This document shows positions 62,946 to 64,000 of a stretch of 64,000 nucleotides of DNA, piece by piece. How positions within the stretch are numbered: the first letter of the stretch is position 1; each line of letters opens with the position of its first letter. The notes under the pieces are model-generated. The model was given only the letters and a program-made list of their open reading frames with translations, was not told where the DNA came from and ran no database searches. The DNA comes from an uncultured Clostridia bacterium (GTDB lineage: Bacteria > Bacillota > Clostridia > Christensenellales > CAG-314). Where the stretch lies: contig CANPXV010000003.1 of the NCBI GenBank assembly GCA_947586855.1, forward strand, positions 24,274-88,273, written 5' to 3'. The translations under genes were made by a program, and so were the position numbers.

Positions 62946-64000
62946 TGTACTATCCCAAACCGCTGCGCAAGGCTGCGGCTGCGGAGCTGACCCTGCGGCT
63001 GAAAGACCTGCCCAACGACCTGTTGGAGGACTGCGACAACATGCGCCTGTCAGGCGGCGGCGTTGTGCCGCTGGGGCAGTTCAAAAAGGTGACGTTTTCC
63101 TCCAAGGCCGTCAAGCCCGTGCACGTCTCCGGCGACAAGGCCTATGTGGTGGCGCAGGACGGGCTGTACGAGGTGGCAAGCTCCGCCAAGTGCATGATTG
63201 CCCAACCCCTCGACGACGGCTGCTGCGCAAACTACGCCCAAAAGCTGCTGTTCAGCTGCAAGGAGGGGCTGTTCGACCTCACGGACAACGCACAGCGGCT
63301 GCACATCAAGGGCTACAATTCGCTGGTGGCGGTGGGCGATCGCCTGTTGGGCGCAGATGACAGCGGCCTCACCGTCAACAAGGTGGACGACTGCTCCGAT
63401 TGGAGCCAAAGCGTCAACGTCTACCCTTATGTGGCGTGCGATTGCCTTGTCGCCGACCGGACGCAGGCGGTGGCGCTGGGTGACGTGTGCTACGTCTACA
63501 AGGTGCGTGCAGAGGAGTTGCAGTCGGTTTTTCGCCCGATAGCCTACAACGTGGGCAAGGTGTGCAAAGATTCGGTGGCGACGCTGCCGCATATGACGGT
63601 GTTCACCTCCGACAGCGGCGTGTATTGCTACCGAAAGGACGCCGTGCGCAAGCTGTTTGACAATTTGGACGGCACCTTGCGCTTCGATATGGCCGCAGGC
63701 TGCCCCTTCGACGGCATGTATCTGGTGTCCTGCCGCCGCACAAGCAGCAAAACCAACGACGTCACGCTGCTGCTGGACCCCGACCGCCAAAAAGTGGTGG
63801 GCGTGCTCAACACGGGGTATTCGGCGATGTGTTCGGACGGGCAAACCGTCTACGCCGTGCGCAACAACGAGCTGTACCTTCTCGGCAGCGGACAGGGCAA
63901 TTGCAGCCTCACCGTCACCGCCGATATGGGCACTGCGGCCACCAAATTTCTGACCGGCCTCACCGTGCTCACCCAAAACTCCCTCACCGTGTGGATAGAG
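62945..64000 (+). CDS. hypothetical phage structural protein, 3' end outside window
   Basis: ATG at 62945 overlaps the previous stop (ATGA). The frame is open for 352 codons to the window edge (MYYPKPLRKAAAAEL...). Missing from the ORF track because no stop is reached. Confidence 0.45.
   Translation, partial: MYYPKPLRKAAAAELTLRLKDLPNDLLEDCDNMRLSGGGVVPLGQFKKVTFSSKAVKPVHVSGDKAYVVAQDGLYEVASSAKCMIAQPLDDGCCANYAQKLLFSCKEGLFDLTDNAQRLHIKGYNSLVAVGDRLLGADDSGLTVNKVDDCSDWSQSVNVYPYVACDCLVADRTQAVALGDVCYVYKVRAEELQSVFRPIAYNVGKVCKDSVATLPHMTVFTSDSGVYCYRKDAVRKLFDNLDGTLRFDMAAGCPFDGMYLVSCRRTSSKTNDVTLLLDPDRQKVVGVLNTGYSAMCSDGQTVYAVRNNELYLLGSGQGNCSLTVTADMGTAATKFLTGLTVLTQNSLTVWIE

Larger units (their letters stand above)
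55341..64000 (+). mobile_element. phage-like head-morphogenesis/packaging module (prophage, remnant or phage-derived particle locus; continues past window)
   Basis: Late regulator, TerL, portal, scaffold-like and capsid-like genes with overlapping start/stop codons. No integrase, lysis or tail genes lie within the window. Confidence 0.6.

Overview
The 64-kb window looks like a fairly GC-rich, Firmicutes/Clostridia-like, host-associated chromosome; that taxonomic guess rests only on SD-type RBSs, lipoboxes, PotABCD, RibU/FMN riboswitch, GH20 and an M60-like peptidase. Most genes are on the + strand.

Gene content in order:
- glmS 3' end.
- An 8-gene operon: two membrane proteins, a CUT1-type ABC importer, a staphylococcal-nuclease-like lipoprotein and a 1321-aa surface lipoprotein.
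- A GHMP sugar kinase and an HTH-cupin regulator followed by potABCD.
- An M60-like metallopeptidase, a GH20 hexosaminidase and pfkA.
- An FMN riboswitch with ribU, then tsaE-tsaB-rimI.
- A hydrolase, a membrane-anchored MurF-like ligase and ddl.
- A WYL regulator, murG, a lipase-like hydrolase and gyrB-gyrA.
- trmB and an HTH-fused NAD synthetase.
- A small AT-richer island next to tRNA-Asn carrying a DpnI-like methyl-directed endonuclease, a DpnD-like ORF and two methyltransferase genes that look damaged.
- A polysaccharide deacetylase, a tandem-OB SSB-like protein and two SH3b membrane proteins.
- A phage head-morphogenesis module: late regulator, TerL, portal, scaffold and capsid.

The most unusual signal is non-coding. 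A family of long, strictly + strand polypyrimidine (C/T) tracts totals roughly 3 kb. They are interleaved with conserved boxes built from a GGTGCRAT / GCGATT iteron-like motif.
- The family peaks in a 1.8-kb five-module array directly upstream of the gyrBA promoter. That array also contains two promoter / variable-body / conserved-terminator sRNA cassettes.
- Related short-repeat arrays follow gyrA and the SSB-like gene.

All homology calls come from reading the translations and recalling family motifs. No database search was run.
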